64,000 nucleotides of DNA from an uncultured cyanobacterium (GCA_963740315.1 CAVUDP010000004.1:608001-672000); one strand, 5' to 3'; shown: positions 9,904-20,465, numbered from the stretch's first letter. The notes: generated from the letters alone by a model not told the origin. Made by a program: numbers and translations.

Positions 9904-11622
9904 TTAAAACAAAAAATATTTTTGTGCCATCGGTACAACTGTTGCAGGTTCACAAGTCAGCAACTCACCATCCGCTCGAACTTCGTAGGTTTCTGAATCT
10001 ACTTCTATACGCGGTAAAGCATCATTTAACTTCATATCTCGCTTACTTAATTCCCGCGTTTGGGAAACTGCGATCGCCTTTTTGCTCAACCCCAATTGAT
10101 TGGGTATTTCCCTTTCCAAAGCTGCTTCGGAAACAAAGGTAAACGATGTTGCATGACGAGCATTTGCAAAACTACCAAACATCGGCTGCATATGCACTGG
10201 TTGCGGTGTGGGAATACTGGCATTAGCATCGCCCATTTGCGAATAAGCGATAAATCCACCTTTAATTACTATCTGCGGTTTGACTCCAAAAAACGCCGGA
10301 TTCCACAAACATAAATCGGCAATTTTCCCTTCTTCTACGGAGCCTACATACTGAGAAATACCATGAGTAATTGCCGGATTAATCGTATATTTAGCCACAT
10401 ATCTTTTAGCCCGAAAATTATCCGATCTCTCCCCAACCCCAGAACTAGGCGTTAATTCTCCCCGCTGCACTTTCATTTTATGTGCCGTCTGCCAAGTACG
10501 AATTATTACTTCTCCTACTCTTCCCATTGCTTGGGAATCGGAAGCAATCATACTAAATGCGCCCAAATCGTGCAAAATATCCTCAGCAGCGATGGTTTCC
10601 CTACGGATGCGCGATTCTGCAAACGCTACATCTTCGGCTATGTTGGGATCGAGATGATGGCACACCATCAACATATCTAGGTGTTCGTCTAAGGTGTTGA
10701 CAGTGTAAGGACGAGTCGGATTTGTTGAAGATGGTAATACATTCGCTTCCCCACACACTTTGATAATATCGGGTGCGTGTCCTCCCCCCGCGCCTTCGGT
10801 ATGGTAAGTGTGAATCACGCGATTTTTGAAAGCTGCGATCGTATCTTCGACAAAACCCGCTTCGTTAAGAGTGTCGGTATGAATCGCTACCTGTACGTCG
10901 TATTCATCGGCAACGCTCAAACAAGTATCAATAGCGGCGGGAGTAGTTCCCCAATCTTCGTGTAACTTCAACCCCATCGCTCCCGCTTCTACTTGTTCCC
11001 TGAGTCCTTGGGGTTGGCTGGAATTACCTTTACCCATAAATCCCAAGTTTACGGGGAAAGCATCCGCAGCTTGTAGCATTCGGTGAATATTCCAGGCTCC
11101 CGGCGTGCAAGTAGTAGCATTTGTACCCGTAGCAGGACCCGTACCGCCGCCCAACATTGTAGTGATACCGGAGGCGATCGCAACTTCAATTTGTTGCGGG
11201 CAAATAAAGTGAATGTGGCTGTCTATACCGCCCGCCGTGAGTATCATACCTTCGCCAGCGATCGCCTCAGTTCCCGGACCGATAATAATGTCTACGTTGT
11301 CCTGAATATAAGGATTTCCGGCTTTACCAATTTTAAATATCTTGCCGTCTTTGATGCCAATATCGGCTTTAACAATACCCCACCAATCGAGAATTAAAGC
11401 ATTAGTTATTACCGTATCCACCGCACCATCGGCGTTAGAAATCGGGGATTGTCCCATTCCATCGCGGATAACTTTACCACCACCAAACTTTACTTCGTCA
11501 CCGTAAGTCGTGAAATCTTGTTCGACTTCGATGAATAATTCCGTGTCAGCAAGACGGATTTTGTCACCAACTGTAGGACCAAAAGTTTCAGCATAAGCGC
11601 GACGGGACATTCGGTAAGACAT
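9904..11622 (-). CDS. ureC: Urease subunit alpha
   Basis: [43 protein letters not shown]. Confidence 0.98.
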   Translation of the reverse strand: MSYRMSRRAYAETFGPTVGDKIRLADTELFIEVEQDFTTYGDEVKFGGGKVIRDGMGQSPISNADGAVDTVITNALILDWWGIVKADIGIKDGKIFKIGKAGNPYIQDNVDIIIGPGTEAIAGEGMILTAGGIDSHIHFICPQQIEVAIASGITTMLGGGTGPATGTNATTCTPGAWNIHRMLQAADAFPVNLGFMGKGNSSQPQGLREQVEAGAMGLKLHEDWGTTPAAIDTCLSVADEYDVQVAIHTDTLNEAGFVEDTIAAFKNRVIHTYHTEGAGGGHAPDIIKVCGEANVLPSSTNPTRPYTVNTLDEHLDMLMVCHHLDPNIAEDVAFAESRIRRETIAAEDILHDLGAFSMIASDSQAMGRVGEVIIRTWQTAHKMKVQRGELTPSSGVGERSDNFRAKRYVAKYTINPAITHGISQYVGSVEEGKIADLCLWNPAFFGVKPQIVIKGGFIAYSQMGDANASIPTPQPVHMQPMFGSFANARHATSFTFVSEAALEREIPNQLGLSKKAIAVSQTRELSKRDMKLNDALPRIEVDSETYEVRADGELLTCEPATVVPMAQKYFLF

Positions 11623-11724
11623 AGATGCACTTGATAATGGTTACTTTGAATAAGTTTATATTTTTTTGTGGCTGTGTGAAGTTTGGAGGAATAAATATTG
11701 ATTGAGGAAAAACCGAAGTTATGA

Positions 11725-11770
11725 TTTAAACGCAAAGGAACGCTAAGGTAAACGCAAAGGGGCGCAGAGT
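11725..11770 (+). repeat. Left 46-bp inverted repeat abutting the GxxExxY start codon
   Basis: TTTAAACGCAAAGGAACGCTAAGGTAAACGCAAAGGGGCGCAGAGT; 38/46 match to reverse complement of 12148-12193. Confidence 0.9.
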
Positions 11771-12148
11771 ATGTATGTTCGGGATTTGAGTGGAGTAATA
11801 ATTGGTTGTGCTATGCGAGTGCATACGGCTTTAGGACCTGGTTTGTTGGAGTCTGCTTATGAAGAGTGTTTGTATTATGAGTTGAAAAAGAAAGGTTTAA
11901 ATGTTGGAAAGCAAATTCCCATACCTCTTGTCTATGAAGAAGTTGAATTAGATTGTGTTTATAGATTAGATTTAATAGTTGAAAACAAAGTAATTATTGA
12001 AGTTAAATCCGTAGAATCTCTCAAACCAATTCATGCCGTACAACTTTTAACTCACCTTAAACTAAAAAATTGTAAACTAGGACTTCTTCTCAACTTTAAC
12101 GTCCTCCACCTCAAAGAAGGAATCAAACGAGTGGCAAATAAACTCTAA
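11771..12148 (+). CDS. GxxExxY protein (PD-(D/E)XK nuclease family)
   Basis: LGPGLLESAY, YRLDLIVENKVIIEVKS, QLL..LK...KLGLLLNF. Confidence 0.92.
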   Translation: MYVRDLSGVIIGCAMRVHTALGPGLLESAYEECLYYELKKKGLNVGKQIPIPLVYEEVELDCVYRLDLIVENKVIIEVKSVESLKPIHAVQLLTHLKLKNCKLGLLLNFNVLHLKEGIKRVANKL

Positions 12149-12193
12149 CTCCGCGTTCCTTTGCGTTTTCCTCAGCGCTCTTCTGCGTTTAAA
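12148..12193 (-). repeat. Right 46-bp inverted repeat abutting the GxxExxY stop codon
   Basis: ACTCCGCGTTCCTTTGCGTTTTCCTCAGCGCTCTTCTGCGTTTAAA. Confidence 0.9.
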
Positions 12194-12228
12194 AAATAAA
12201 TTATTTGCTCTTAACAAAATAGTAAGTT

Positions 12229-12882
12229 ATGTCAGTTTTAACAGAAGCATTTGAACGATTTGAACATTGGTTATGGCAAAATCATCCAGAGTTAGCTAAT
12301 TCTTTACCTCCAGGATTAACACTTGAAGAAATAAATGATATGGCTAAATCTTTGCCATTTTCACTTTCAAAAGAGATTAAAGAACTATATCAATGGAGAA
12401 ATGGTAGTTCTTACGGGTTTGCTACTTTATCAACCTATTGTGATGAGGTGCTTGGATTTATGTCATTAAACAAAGCAATTGAATATACCTTTAAAGGCGA
12501 ACATATTAGTGAGTGGTTAAATCTTCCATGTTTTTATATGTTCCCAGAGTATGAACGCTGGGTTCATTTTGCAGTTTGTGACGAGGAAGAAACATCGCCA
12601 ATTCTAGTTGTTACTGACGATCCATGTACCAGACTTGCTTATGCCAGCATAACCAGTATGGTCTTAACAACTGTAGAGTGTTATGAAAAAAAAATTATTA
12701 TACTTGGAGAATATGGGAGAACTGAATTTAATGATTCTTTAGCTTATGACTTATCAGATACAGAATCCGATGAGCTTGATGAATATTTGGATGCTAAAAA
12801 AGAATTTGAAAAAATTTTAAATAAAAACAATTCAATATTTAATCAAGAAGCGATTCGTCAAAAGTATAATATTGAGATTTAA
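12229..12882 (+). CDS. SMI1/KNR4 family protein (immunity-like)
   Basis: WL.QNHP....L.PGLT.EEI......LPF.L..EIKELYQWRNG. Confidence 0.8.
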   Translation: MSVLTEAFERFEHWLWQNHPELANSLPPGLTLEEINDMAKSLPFSLSKEIKELYQWRNGSSYGFATLSTYCDEVLGFMSLNKAIEYTFKGEHISEWLNLPCFYMFPEYERWVHFAVCDEEETSPILVVTDDPCTRLAYASITSMVLTTVECYEKKIIILGEYGRTEFNDSLAYDLSDTESDELDEYLDAKKEFEKILNKNNSIFNQEAIRQKYNIEI

Positions 12883-12918
12883 TAAATTAGTTATATAGCT
12901 GTTTAACAGTGAAGCAAT

Positions 12919-13596
12919 ATGAATGAAAACTTAACTCAAATTCGCAATGATTTTGATTGCATTGCTTTGAACGAACAAGAGGGATGGAATCACAATAGTC
13001 ATTATCACAATTTTTTACTCAAACAGTTACCGTCTCAATGCAAAACTGTCCTTGATATTGGTTGTGGAACAGGTGAATTTTCACGTCTTCTCGCGAAACG
13101 TGCTGACAAGATTATTGCGATCGACTTATCTCCAAATATGATTGAAGTTGCCAAGGAAAATTCAAAACAGTACACAAATATTGATTTTCAAGTTGCTGAT
13201 GTTTTACGGTGGGAATTTCCACGAGAGCAATTTGATGCAATTGTTTCTATCGCAACAGTTCATCATTTACCAGTAAAACAGTTGCTACCAAATCTAAAAG
13301 CTGCTTTAAAACCTGGTGGTAAGTTAGTGATTTTGGATTTGTTAGAACATAAGAATTTACAAGATATGTTGAGCGATTTTATTGCTGTTCCTTTAAATTG
13401 GTTGTTTCAAACTATAAAAAATAGACATATTCAAATATCACCAGAAGCAGCAGAAGCGATGAGAGAGCATCTTCGTACAGACAATTACCTTACCTTATCG
13501 CAAGCAAGACAAATTTATAAAAGTTCCTTGAGAAAAGCAAAGGTTAGAAAGCACTTATTTTGGCGTTATTCAGTGGTTTGGGATAAGGTGGTGTAG
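12919..13596 (+). CDS. Class I SAM-dependent methyltransferase
   Basis: WNHNSHYH, VLDIGCGTG, IDLS, FDAIVSIATVHH, LKPGG. Confidence 0.9.
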   Translation: MNENLTQIRNDFDCIALNEQEGWNHNSHYHNFLLKQLPSQCKTVLDIGCGTGEFSRLLAKRADKIIAIDLSPNMIEVAKENSKQYTNIDFQVADVLRWEFPREQFDAIVSIATVHHLPVKQLLPNLKAALKPGGKLVILDLLEHKNLQDMLSDFIAVPLNWLFQTIKNRHIQISPEAAEAMREHLRTDNYLTLSQARQIYKSSLRKAKVRKHLFWRYSVVWDKVV

Positions 13597-13611
13597 ATAT
13601 CATTACGAGTT

Positions 13612-14475
13612 TTATATGTTATTTCGCAGAACTTTAAATGGCTCATTATTGTTTTCCCATATGCGAATTTCCGAGTAAAGTTGTGTTTGATGAAAGTGAA
13701 CTTCTTCGTAAGCAAGCCGCAAATTACGCTCAAGACTATTAGGTTCAATCTCAACTGCTTTATTAGAGCCAATTGCCTTGCGTAAACTAATAGATAGGAT
13801 TTCTACTAAGTGATGACCGCAACAAACTTGCCAGGGGTCATGATTACTGCTTTTATAACTAGCTAACTTTTGTTGTAAATCTGTGTCTTTCAATGAACAG
13901 GTTTGGGATTTACTGTTAACTTCTCGAATCATTTTGAGTTCATCAATTTCCAAAGTTTGCTCATCAACAAACCTACTGAATTTAATACCATTAAAGGTCA
14001 GATTTAATCCATCACGCTGAGATATCCAAAGCAAATAACCTACCGACATCCCAGTTTTGAGTAATGTTTGCCTTATATCTTGATTAAACTTTGTAATTTT
14101 TTCTTCAGAACCAAATTCAGCAACTACTTTTTCAAGAGCAGATGATTTGATTAACATAGTTTCAAGATCGTGGGTATCAGTGCAGAGCAGATTTGGACTA
14201 CTTTGCACTGAATCAAGACGGTCAAAATCTGCATCGACGATTGCCAAAACTCCTTGAAAATCTGACTCATCTAGCTTTTTCAGTACAGCAATTACACGTA
14301 GTTTACTAGATGGTTTTCCTGAAATAATCACTAATTCACAAGCCAATTTCTCAATAAACCGCTCGTAGAAAATCTTGTCGGAGCTACCTTCTACCAATAA
14401 AAAGGTTCCTGAAAAAGTAGTTCGTAGTAATTTAATTTTATTTGCATCACGGTCAACTGTAAGAAACTCTCTCAC
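13612..14475 (-). CDS. DUF4435 TOPRIM-like nuclease (PARIS AriB-like)
   Basis: LLVEGSSD..FY, IVDADFD, TDTHDLE, GHHL; ATGA overlap with upstream ATPase. Confidence 0.8.
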   Translation of the reverse strand: MREFLTVDRDANKIKLLRTTFSGTFLLVEGSSDKIFYERFIEKLACELVIISGKPSSKLRVIAVLKKLDESDFQGVLAIVDADFDRLDSVQSSPNLLCTDTHDLETMLIKSSALEKVVAEFGSEEKITKFNQDIRQTLLKTGMSVGYLLWISQRDGLNLTFNGIKFSRFVDEQTLEIDELKMIREVNSKSQTCSLKDTDLQQKLASYKSSNHDPWQVCCGHHLVEILSISLRKAIGSNKAVEIEPNSLERNLRLAYEEVHFHQTQLYSEIRIWENNNEPFKVLRNNI

Positions 14476-15836
14476 TTATCTGGTCCCTTCAATTCAACCG
14501 TTAAATCCCAGCGGTCTTGAATGATATCTGGTGAATGTGTAGCCATCAGAAAATCTAAATCCGCAAGTTCTGTAATTTCTTGCAAGTCCTTTAAGAACTG
14601 AATTTGCCATCCGACATGAAGAGATAATTCTGGTTCATCAATTAAGACTAAGGAGTTAGGTTCAACTTTAAATAGTAATTCATAGAGAAGAACTAACTCA
14701 TGTTGTTCTCCAGATGACAAATCTGTTGGCGACAAATATTTTTTTTCATCAGATAATAAATCAGGATTATAACATTTTGTGAAAAGGAACCCTTTCTCCT
14801 TACTAAAATTCATTTTTTTATAAGAATACTCAAATTTTTTATTAATAATTCGACTTAATAAATTTATTTTGCTTGCTATTTCGTCAAAAACGCTTAGTTT
14901 CTTTTCTACATCCTCTACATATACAGACAAAATATTTTTAGTGCTGTCATCTATAGTTTGAGTTTGAATTTGGAAGTCTGAACCTTCATCTTTATTTAGT
15001 AAACCTACTTCTATAAGACGAGAACGAGTTTTTTCAAGTTCGTTTAATTGATCACGAAGCTTTTCATCTGTAATATCGGGTGATGGCTGCTGTTTAACTA
15101 CTCTTACTGGGAAAGTTCTATCAAGAGATTGAGAAATTGAACCATATTCTGCAAATCTATCTTGCATAAGTTTTGCGAGTTCATCAGAATAAGCAGATAC
15201 TGTAGATACTGTAGAAGGTGTATCGTTTAAACGGATAGAACGTCTGGGAAAAATGTTTAGCAAACGTTGTGATTCTATAAGACGAACCTTAATATCACTC
15301 TTAAGATTTTCTAACCATTCAGGTTCTTCTAATGGCTTAATGATTCCTGAAGGTAAAACGTCTTCAAAACGTTCTATAACCTCTCCTAATGAAAGAATTT
15401 CTTTGCTAGGAAAGTATCGCCACCTTCGAGAACCTACTTGTTCTAGGTCAGGTATTATATCTTCTAGGATATGACTTGGAAACTCTATATCACGAGAAAA
15501 TTTTCTTTTCTTTTGCTCGTAATAAACAACCTCTGAACCGGATTGTTTAAATTTGAAGTTTAAACCATTATTTCTGTTTGACTTCTCCTTATTCTCAACA
15601 CTTTTTGTAATTTCTAAGCTGCTGTCATTATCAAATTGAACTTTAAAATTACTAAACGGGATAGAATAAAAAACTGAGTATTGGGAGTTTACAAATCCAT
15701 TTAGCATCCTTAATATTATTGTTTTTCCAAAACCATTAGGACCATGAATGATAGTGATTCGTTCATCCATGTTCAATGGAATTATATGGTCAAAAATTCC
15801 AAATAAGCCGGAGACGGAAATTTCCTTAATTCGCAT
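14472..15836 (-). CDS. ABC/AAA_21-type ATPase (PARIS AriA-like)
   Basis: Walker A GPNGFGKT, signature LSSGEQ, Walker B LIDEPELSLH, H-loop ATHSP. Confidence 0.85.
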   Translation of the reverse strand: MRIKEISVSGLFGIFDHIIPLNMDERITIIHGPNGFGKTIILRMLNGFVNSQYSVFYSIPFSNFKVQFDNDSSLEITKSVENKEKSNRNNGLNFKFKQSGSEVVYYEQKKRKFSRDIEFPSHILEDIIPDLEQVGSRRWRYFPSKEILSLGEVIERFEDVLPSGIIKPLEEPEWLENLKSDIKVRLIESQRLLNIFPRRSIRLNDTPSTVSTVSAYSDELAKLMQDRFAEYGSISQSLDRTFPVRVVKQQPSPDITDEKLRDQLNELEKTRSRLIEVGLLNKDEGSDFQIQTQTIDDSTKNILSVYVEDVEKKLSVFDEIASKINLLSRIINKKFEYSYKKMNFSKEKGFLFTKCYNPDLLSDEKKYLSPTDLSSGEQHELVLLYELLFKVEPNSLVLIDEPELSLHVGWQIQFLKDLQEITELADLDFLMATHSPDIIQDRWDLTVELKGPDK

Positions 15837-16019
15837 AGTCTTAGAGTCCCGTAGCCATAGTCTTTACCAGTTGATTGTAACTACTATAGTAAAGTTGTTT
15901 TTTATTGTAAGTAGGGTTTTGTACAACAATGCTCAAAATCACATATTTCAATATTATGATTAATGTGTCTATTGAATTAATGTAAAAATTAGTTTGACAG
16001 TCTTATAAGCAACCCCAGA

Positions 16020-16583
16020 ATGGTACAATTAACATCGAAAAATATAACATTAGCGGAGTTTCTGCAATTACCAGAAACCAAACCTGCCAATGAATACATT
16101 GATGGAAAAATTATCCCTAAACCCATACCTCAAGGGAAACACAGCACGATTCAAGGCGAACTCGTACCTACTATAAATACTGTAGTAAAGCCTAAACGTA
16201 TTGCTCGTGCTTTCCCTGAGTTGCGCTGCACGTTTGGCGATCGCTCAACTGTACCCGATATTGCCGTTTTTGTTTGGAATCGGATTAAGAGCGATGAAAA
16301 TGGGGAAGTTGCAAATGCATTCTTAATTGCACCAGATTGGACAATTGAAATTTTATCACCCGACCAAAGCCAGACAAAAGTAATAAAAAATATTCTTCAT
16401 TGTCTCAAGCATGGAACTCAAGTGGGTTGGTTGATAGATCCACTAGAGCAAACCGTGTTTATTTTTCGTCCTAAGCAAGAAACTGAAGTGTTTGATCAAC
16501 TAGATGCGCTTCTTCCCGTACCCAGTTTTGCAAGTGAGTTGCAGCTTACAGTGGGAGATTTGTTTGCTTGGTTATTGGAGTGA
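16020..16583 (+). CDS. Uma2 family endonuclease
   Basis: LAEFLQLPETKPA.EYIDG, VPDIAV, APDWTIEILSP, GWLIDP. Confidence 0.9.
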   Translation: MVQLTSKNITLAEFLQLPETKPANEYIDGKIIPKPIPQGKHSTIQGELVPTINTVVKPKRIARAFPELRCTFGDRSTVPDIAVFVWNRIKSDENGEVANAFLIAPDWTIEILSPDQSQTKVIKNILHCLKHGTQVGWLIDPLEQTVFIFRPKQETEVFDQLDALLPVPSFASELQLTVGDLFAWLLE

Positions 16584-16585
16584 AA

Positions 16586-16813
16586 ATGAATCGATACAGT
16601 ATGATTATTCAATGGTCGGATGAAGACCAGCTTTTTTTAGTCACCATCCCAGAATTTAGCGATCGCGTTCTCATGCCTTGTACTCATGGCAAAACTCGTG
16701 AAGAAGCGATTCGTAGCGGTGAGGAAGTAATTGAAATGTATTTAGAAGCTTGGCAAACTGAAGGTGAATCCATTCCGGAACCTAGTACGCTTCAAATTGC
16801 TCGATCGAGATAG
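16586..16813 (+). CDS. hicB: HicB family antitoxin (no adjacent hicA)
   Basis: YSMIIQWSDED..F.V..PEF...PCTHG.T.EEAI...EEVIE.YLE.W...G..IPEP. Confidence 0.85.
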   Translation: MNRYSMIIQWSDEDQLFLVTIPEFSDRVLMPCTHGKTREEAIRSGEEVIEMYLEAWQTEGESIPEPSTLQIARSR

Positions 16814-16826
16814 ATCGTTTCCGCGT

Positions 16827-17693
16827 TTACCTCAGTATTACTTTGCGTTTGGGAATTACACCTCGTATCCCACCTCTAGCACCTTCAACATCACCTTTAT
16901 AACGAGGAATTACGTGAATTCCGGCGTGCATGACATTTTGTCCTGCGTCTCGATTAATATTCATTCCTACGTTAAAACCGTCTGGTGCAAATTCTTTACC
17001 GATGATTTCTTGCACTTTGTTAGCCATCAACCAGCAAGCAGTTTGTTCTTTAAATGGTAGTTCAAAATAGTTGCTGACGTGACGTTTGGGAATAATTAAG
17101 GTATGTCCTTTACTCAATGGATAACCGTCGAGCATGGCGTATGCTGTTGCTGATTCGGTTAGTAATGTCAGGCTTTGACGAGGATTGCAGAATATGCAGC
17201 GATCGGATGAATGTTTGTGGTGATTATAATGAATATATTCGTATATTTCGCAGTTTTCGTTTAAGAAGATGGAATTAAAGGGCAGTTTAACCATACATTG
17301 ATATGTAGGTTTTTTATGGACGTAATGCTCTCTAAATCCTTCTCTTTTAATATCTCTTCTGACAGCGAAGTAAGCTTTACCTCCTGGCTTTAATAAATGC
17401 GATATTTCCATTAAAACGTCAGCTTGGTTTTCTGGAAATAAAACGTTTAAAACATAAAAACAAATTATTGTATCGAATTTATTTTGTGGATATTGGGGGA
17501 AATAATGAGGATCGTAACCTGTAATATCAAATCCTTTTTTTTGCAATACTTTAACATCATTACCGAAGCCACAACCAAAGTCTAAAATTTTGCCTTGCAG
17601 TAGTTTTTGGTTTGATAAAAGTTTTGCAGGATATGATAAATTCGTCCTTTCTATTGCAGTAAGGTGAGTAAATTTATTTTGTTGCTTTTGCAT
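16827..17693 (-). CDS. Class I SAM methyltransferase / HIT-domain fusion protein
   Basis: ILDFGCGFG, GYDP, YVLNV; then CIFC, YPLSKGHTLIIPKRH, GFNVGMN...AGQNVMHAGIHVIPR. Confidence 0.88.
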   Translation of the reverse strand: MQKQQNKFTHLTAIERTNLSYPAKLLSNQKLLQGKILDFGCGFGNDVKVLQKKGFDITGYDPHYFPQYPQNKFDTIICFYVLNVLFPENQADVLMEISHLLKPGGKAYFAVRRDIKREGFREHYVHKKPTYQCMVKLPFNSIFLNENCEIYEYIHYNHHKHSSDRCIFCNPRQSLTLLTESATAYAMLDGYPLSKGHTLIIPKRHVSNYFELPFKEQTACWLMANKVQEIIGKEFAPDGFNVGMNINRDAGQNVMHAGIHVIPRYKGDVEGARGGIRGVIPKRKVILR

Positions 17694-17949
17694 TTAAATA
17701 TTAATTAGATATAACGAAATCAATCGATGTTTCTTTAAACTTCGATTAAGGTATCAAGTATTTAGTAATTTAAAATATAGCTTAGTAAAGTGCTTTAAAT
17801 GTTCAGTACATTTTCGGTTATTAGTCTATATGGGAATATTTAGTTTTTTAGCACTGATGCGATGCTCAACTACAATTAAACTTTTAAGTAGCGATCGCTC
17901 ACCCTACCTATAAAAAAGTGCGATCGCTATTACAACTTCTACGATCCAA

Positions 17950-18034
<85 letters not shown>

Positions 18035-18119
18035 AAGTAAGCTGTCAGCGATTACTCTTGAGCAAGGGCGCTTAGATAATTGCTGACCAATTACAGATTA
18101 TACTATAGTTCTACGCTAG

Positions 18120-19040
18120 TTACACTGTTGAAGTGGATTTTTGATAAAGAATCTCCTCAGATTTAATCGTGAAGTCGTTACCAATCCATACGAGTGAAGC
18201 TTTAGTGACTTTTCCGTCTTCGAGTTCCACAATTGAGAAATTACGCAGTTTGTCTTGAGGTTTTTCGATAATTCGAGGTACGCTAGCTGCATTTAAATAA
18301 ATAATTCCTTCTGGACTTCTAAAAATACGCTTTCGCAATACTTTTGTATGTCGCAGAGTATGGTGCATATGTCCGAATGTCACCAAAGGAATATTTTTAC
18401 CAGTGGTGATACTTTGAGAAATCGCTTCTGCAAAATCTGGGTCGCCGTAATCGCCGCCGATTGGATGCCAATCTTTGCCGCAAGGATCTTCGGGGTTGTC
18501 TCCTAATCCCGAAGGACCGTTATGACCGAGAAAAATTATTGTTTCATGAGCAGCAGACTTTACTGCTTCCATAATCCGGCTAGTAGATTCTTCAAGAGTT
18601 GCAACCCCAAATCTTTCTTTACACAAATCCGCGAATTTCCATTTCGGACCACCCCAGGTAAAAGGACGACCTCCTACCACGGTTAAGTTAAATTCGGGGA
18701 AATCCAGCTTGCCGAAACCAACATGAGTATCGCCCAAAAAATCGAGTTGTTGCTGCACCCAATCTTCTTTGGCGCGATCGTAGGGGCACTTTTTACGTCC
18801 CCATTCGGTGGCAGTGAACCATGCATCGTGATTCCCCATCACCACTGCTTTGGGGATATCGAGGTCAGCTATTTTCCTGACAACTTCCACCGATTCATTA
18901 CCAAAATCCCCCACGAACAGCACTAAATCAACGTTGAGGCGCGAAATGGCGATACCATCTTCGTTTTCCCACTGGTCGTGAACATCTCCTACTACAGCAA
19001 TTTTTAAGGTTTTCGAGTTTGTTATCTGACTGCTTGTCAT
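18120..19040 (-). CDS. Metallophosphoesterase (TIGR04168-like)
   Basis: GDVH, GDFGNE, GNHDAW, GHNGP, FGHMHH; start at ATG 19040. Confidence 0.85.
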   Translation of the reverse strand: MTSSQITNSKTLKIAVVGDVHDQWENEDGIAISRLNVDLVLFVGDFGNESVEVVRKIADLDIPKAVVMGNHDAWFTATEWGRKKCPYDRAKEDWVQQQLDFLGDTHVGFGKLDFPEFNLTVVGGRPFTWGGPKWKFADLCKERFGVATLEESTSRIMEAVKSAAHETIIFLGHNGPSGLGDNPEDPCGKDWHPIGGDYGDPDFAEAISQSITTGKNIPLVTFGHMHHTLRHTKVLRKRIFRSPEGIIYLNAASVPRIIEKPQDKLRNFSIVELEDGKVTKASLVWIGNDFTIKSEEILYQKSTSTV

Positions 19041-19128
19041 GCCACTTTCCTTTCCATATGTCTCCAGGATAGGAAACTCAAGCCGATTTTGGCACAAATT
19101 TCCAGAAGTAGTATTATCACCTTATTAC

Positions 19129-19149
19129 TTTTGGTAAAAAGTACTATAA
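19129..19149. promoter_or_regulatory. Putative NrtR operator upstream of nadA
   Basis: TTTTGGTAAAAAGTACTATAA, a 21-bp quasi-palindrome with the GT-N7-AC core; NrtR controls NAD genes in cyanobacteria. Confidence 0.65.
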
Positions 19150-19292
19150 TTACTTCAAGATTAAAAGTTACATCTTGTAAATAGGTATAAATTCATTGCC
19201 AAACCCTCTAACTCTAAAACCGAGGAGAGGTGAGGTAAGCTTTTGTACGATGCAAGATTTTCGATTAAAAAAAACATTAAGCAAAGCCTACT

Positions 19293-20264
19293 GTGTTTAC
19301 TACCGCACTGCGAAGACTCGAAACCCAACCGGATGCATTACCGCGAGATTTATTTACAGCTATTAAGAATCTTAAGAAAGAGCTTAATGCTGTTATCTTG
19401 GCGCATTACTATCAAGAACCAGATATTCAAGATATTGCAGACTTTATCGGCGACTCGTTGCAACTTTCTAGGGCAGCTGCCGATACAAATGCAGATGTTA
19501 TTGTCTTTGCTGGCGTTCACTTCATGGCAGAAACGGCAAAGATTCTCAATCCTGAAAAGTTAGTTTTGTTACCCGATTTGGATGCTGGTTGTTCTTTAGC
19601 AGATAGTTGTCCCCCGAATGAATTTGCAGCATTTAAAGCAGCACATCCAGACCATTTGGTGATTTCTTACATCAACTGCACTGCGGAAATTAAAGCGATG
19701 AGCGATATTATCTGCACCAGTTCCAACGCGGTCAAAATTGTGCGGCAGATACCTCAAGAACAGCCAATTATTTTTGCTCCAGACCGTAATTTAGGGCGCT
19801 ATGTAATGGAGCAAACTGGGCGCGATTTATTATTGTGGCAGGGTAGCTGTATTGTCCATGAAACCTTCTCGGAAAAGAAGATTGTGCAGTTAAAAATTGC
19901 ACATCCTTTATCTGAGGTAATTGCTCACCCCGAATGCGAAACAACTGTATTGCGACACGCTGACTTTATTGGTTCGACAGCGGCTTTATTAAAATATTGT
20001 CAGCAAAGTTCGAGTGATGAATTTATCGTCGCTACCGAACCCGGAATCATTCACCAAATGCAAAAACAAGCGCCGCAAAAACAGTTTATTCCCGCACCAC
20101 CAACCAATAACTGTAATTGCAATGAGTGTCCGTTTATGAGGTTGAATACTTTAGAAAAGCTGTATTTAGCCATGAAGAATCGCCAGCCGGAAATTACCAT
20201 GAGTGAAGAAACGAGGGTTAAAGCTTTGCGTCCAATGCAGCGGATGTTAGAGATGAGTGTTTAG
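19293..20264 (+). CDS. nadA: Quinolinate synthase
   Basis: ILAHYYQ, GVHFMAE, AGCSLAD, YINC, C.VHE, AHPEC, CPFM. Confidence 0.96.
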   Translation: MFTTALRRLETQPDALPRDLFTAIKNLKKELNAVILAHYYQEPDIQDIADFIGDSLQLSRAAADTNADVIVFAGVHFMAETAKILNPEKLVLLPDLDAGCSLADSCPPNEFAAFKAAHPDHLVISYINCTAEIKAMSDIICTSSNAVKIVRQIPQEQPIIFAPDRNLGRYVMEQTGRDLLLWQGSCIVHETFSEKKIVQLKIAHPLSEVIAHPECETTVLRHADFIGSTAALLKYCQQSSSDEFIVATEPGIIHQMQKQAPQKQFIPAPPTNNCNCNECPFMRLNTLEKLYLAMKNRQPEITMSEETRVKALRPMQRMLEMSV

Positions 20265-20381
20265 GTAGATATTTGTAGAGACGTGGCGATCGAACTGCGT
20301 CTCTAATGGTCTGTGTAAAAAATGCCGGGTGTGGGGAGAGGGGGGAGAAAAAACAATAGTTTTTAGGATACACCCATTACT

Positions 20382-20465
20382 TATTAATGGGACAGACCAC
20401 TAGTAGCCCTTTTTATTAGTTTTGATGGGTAAAAAGGTTCGTAGTAAGTGGCTCTAGCCCTCCAG
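20382..20465. repeat. MITE/SDR-like repeat remnants (same family as 23626-23756)
   Basis: gggtaaaaaggttcgtagtaag matches the reverse complement of 23709-23730. Confidence 0.55.
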
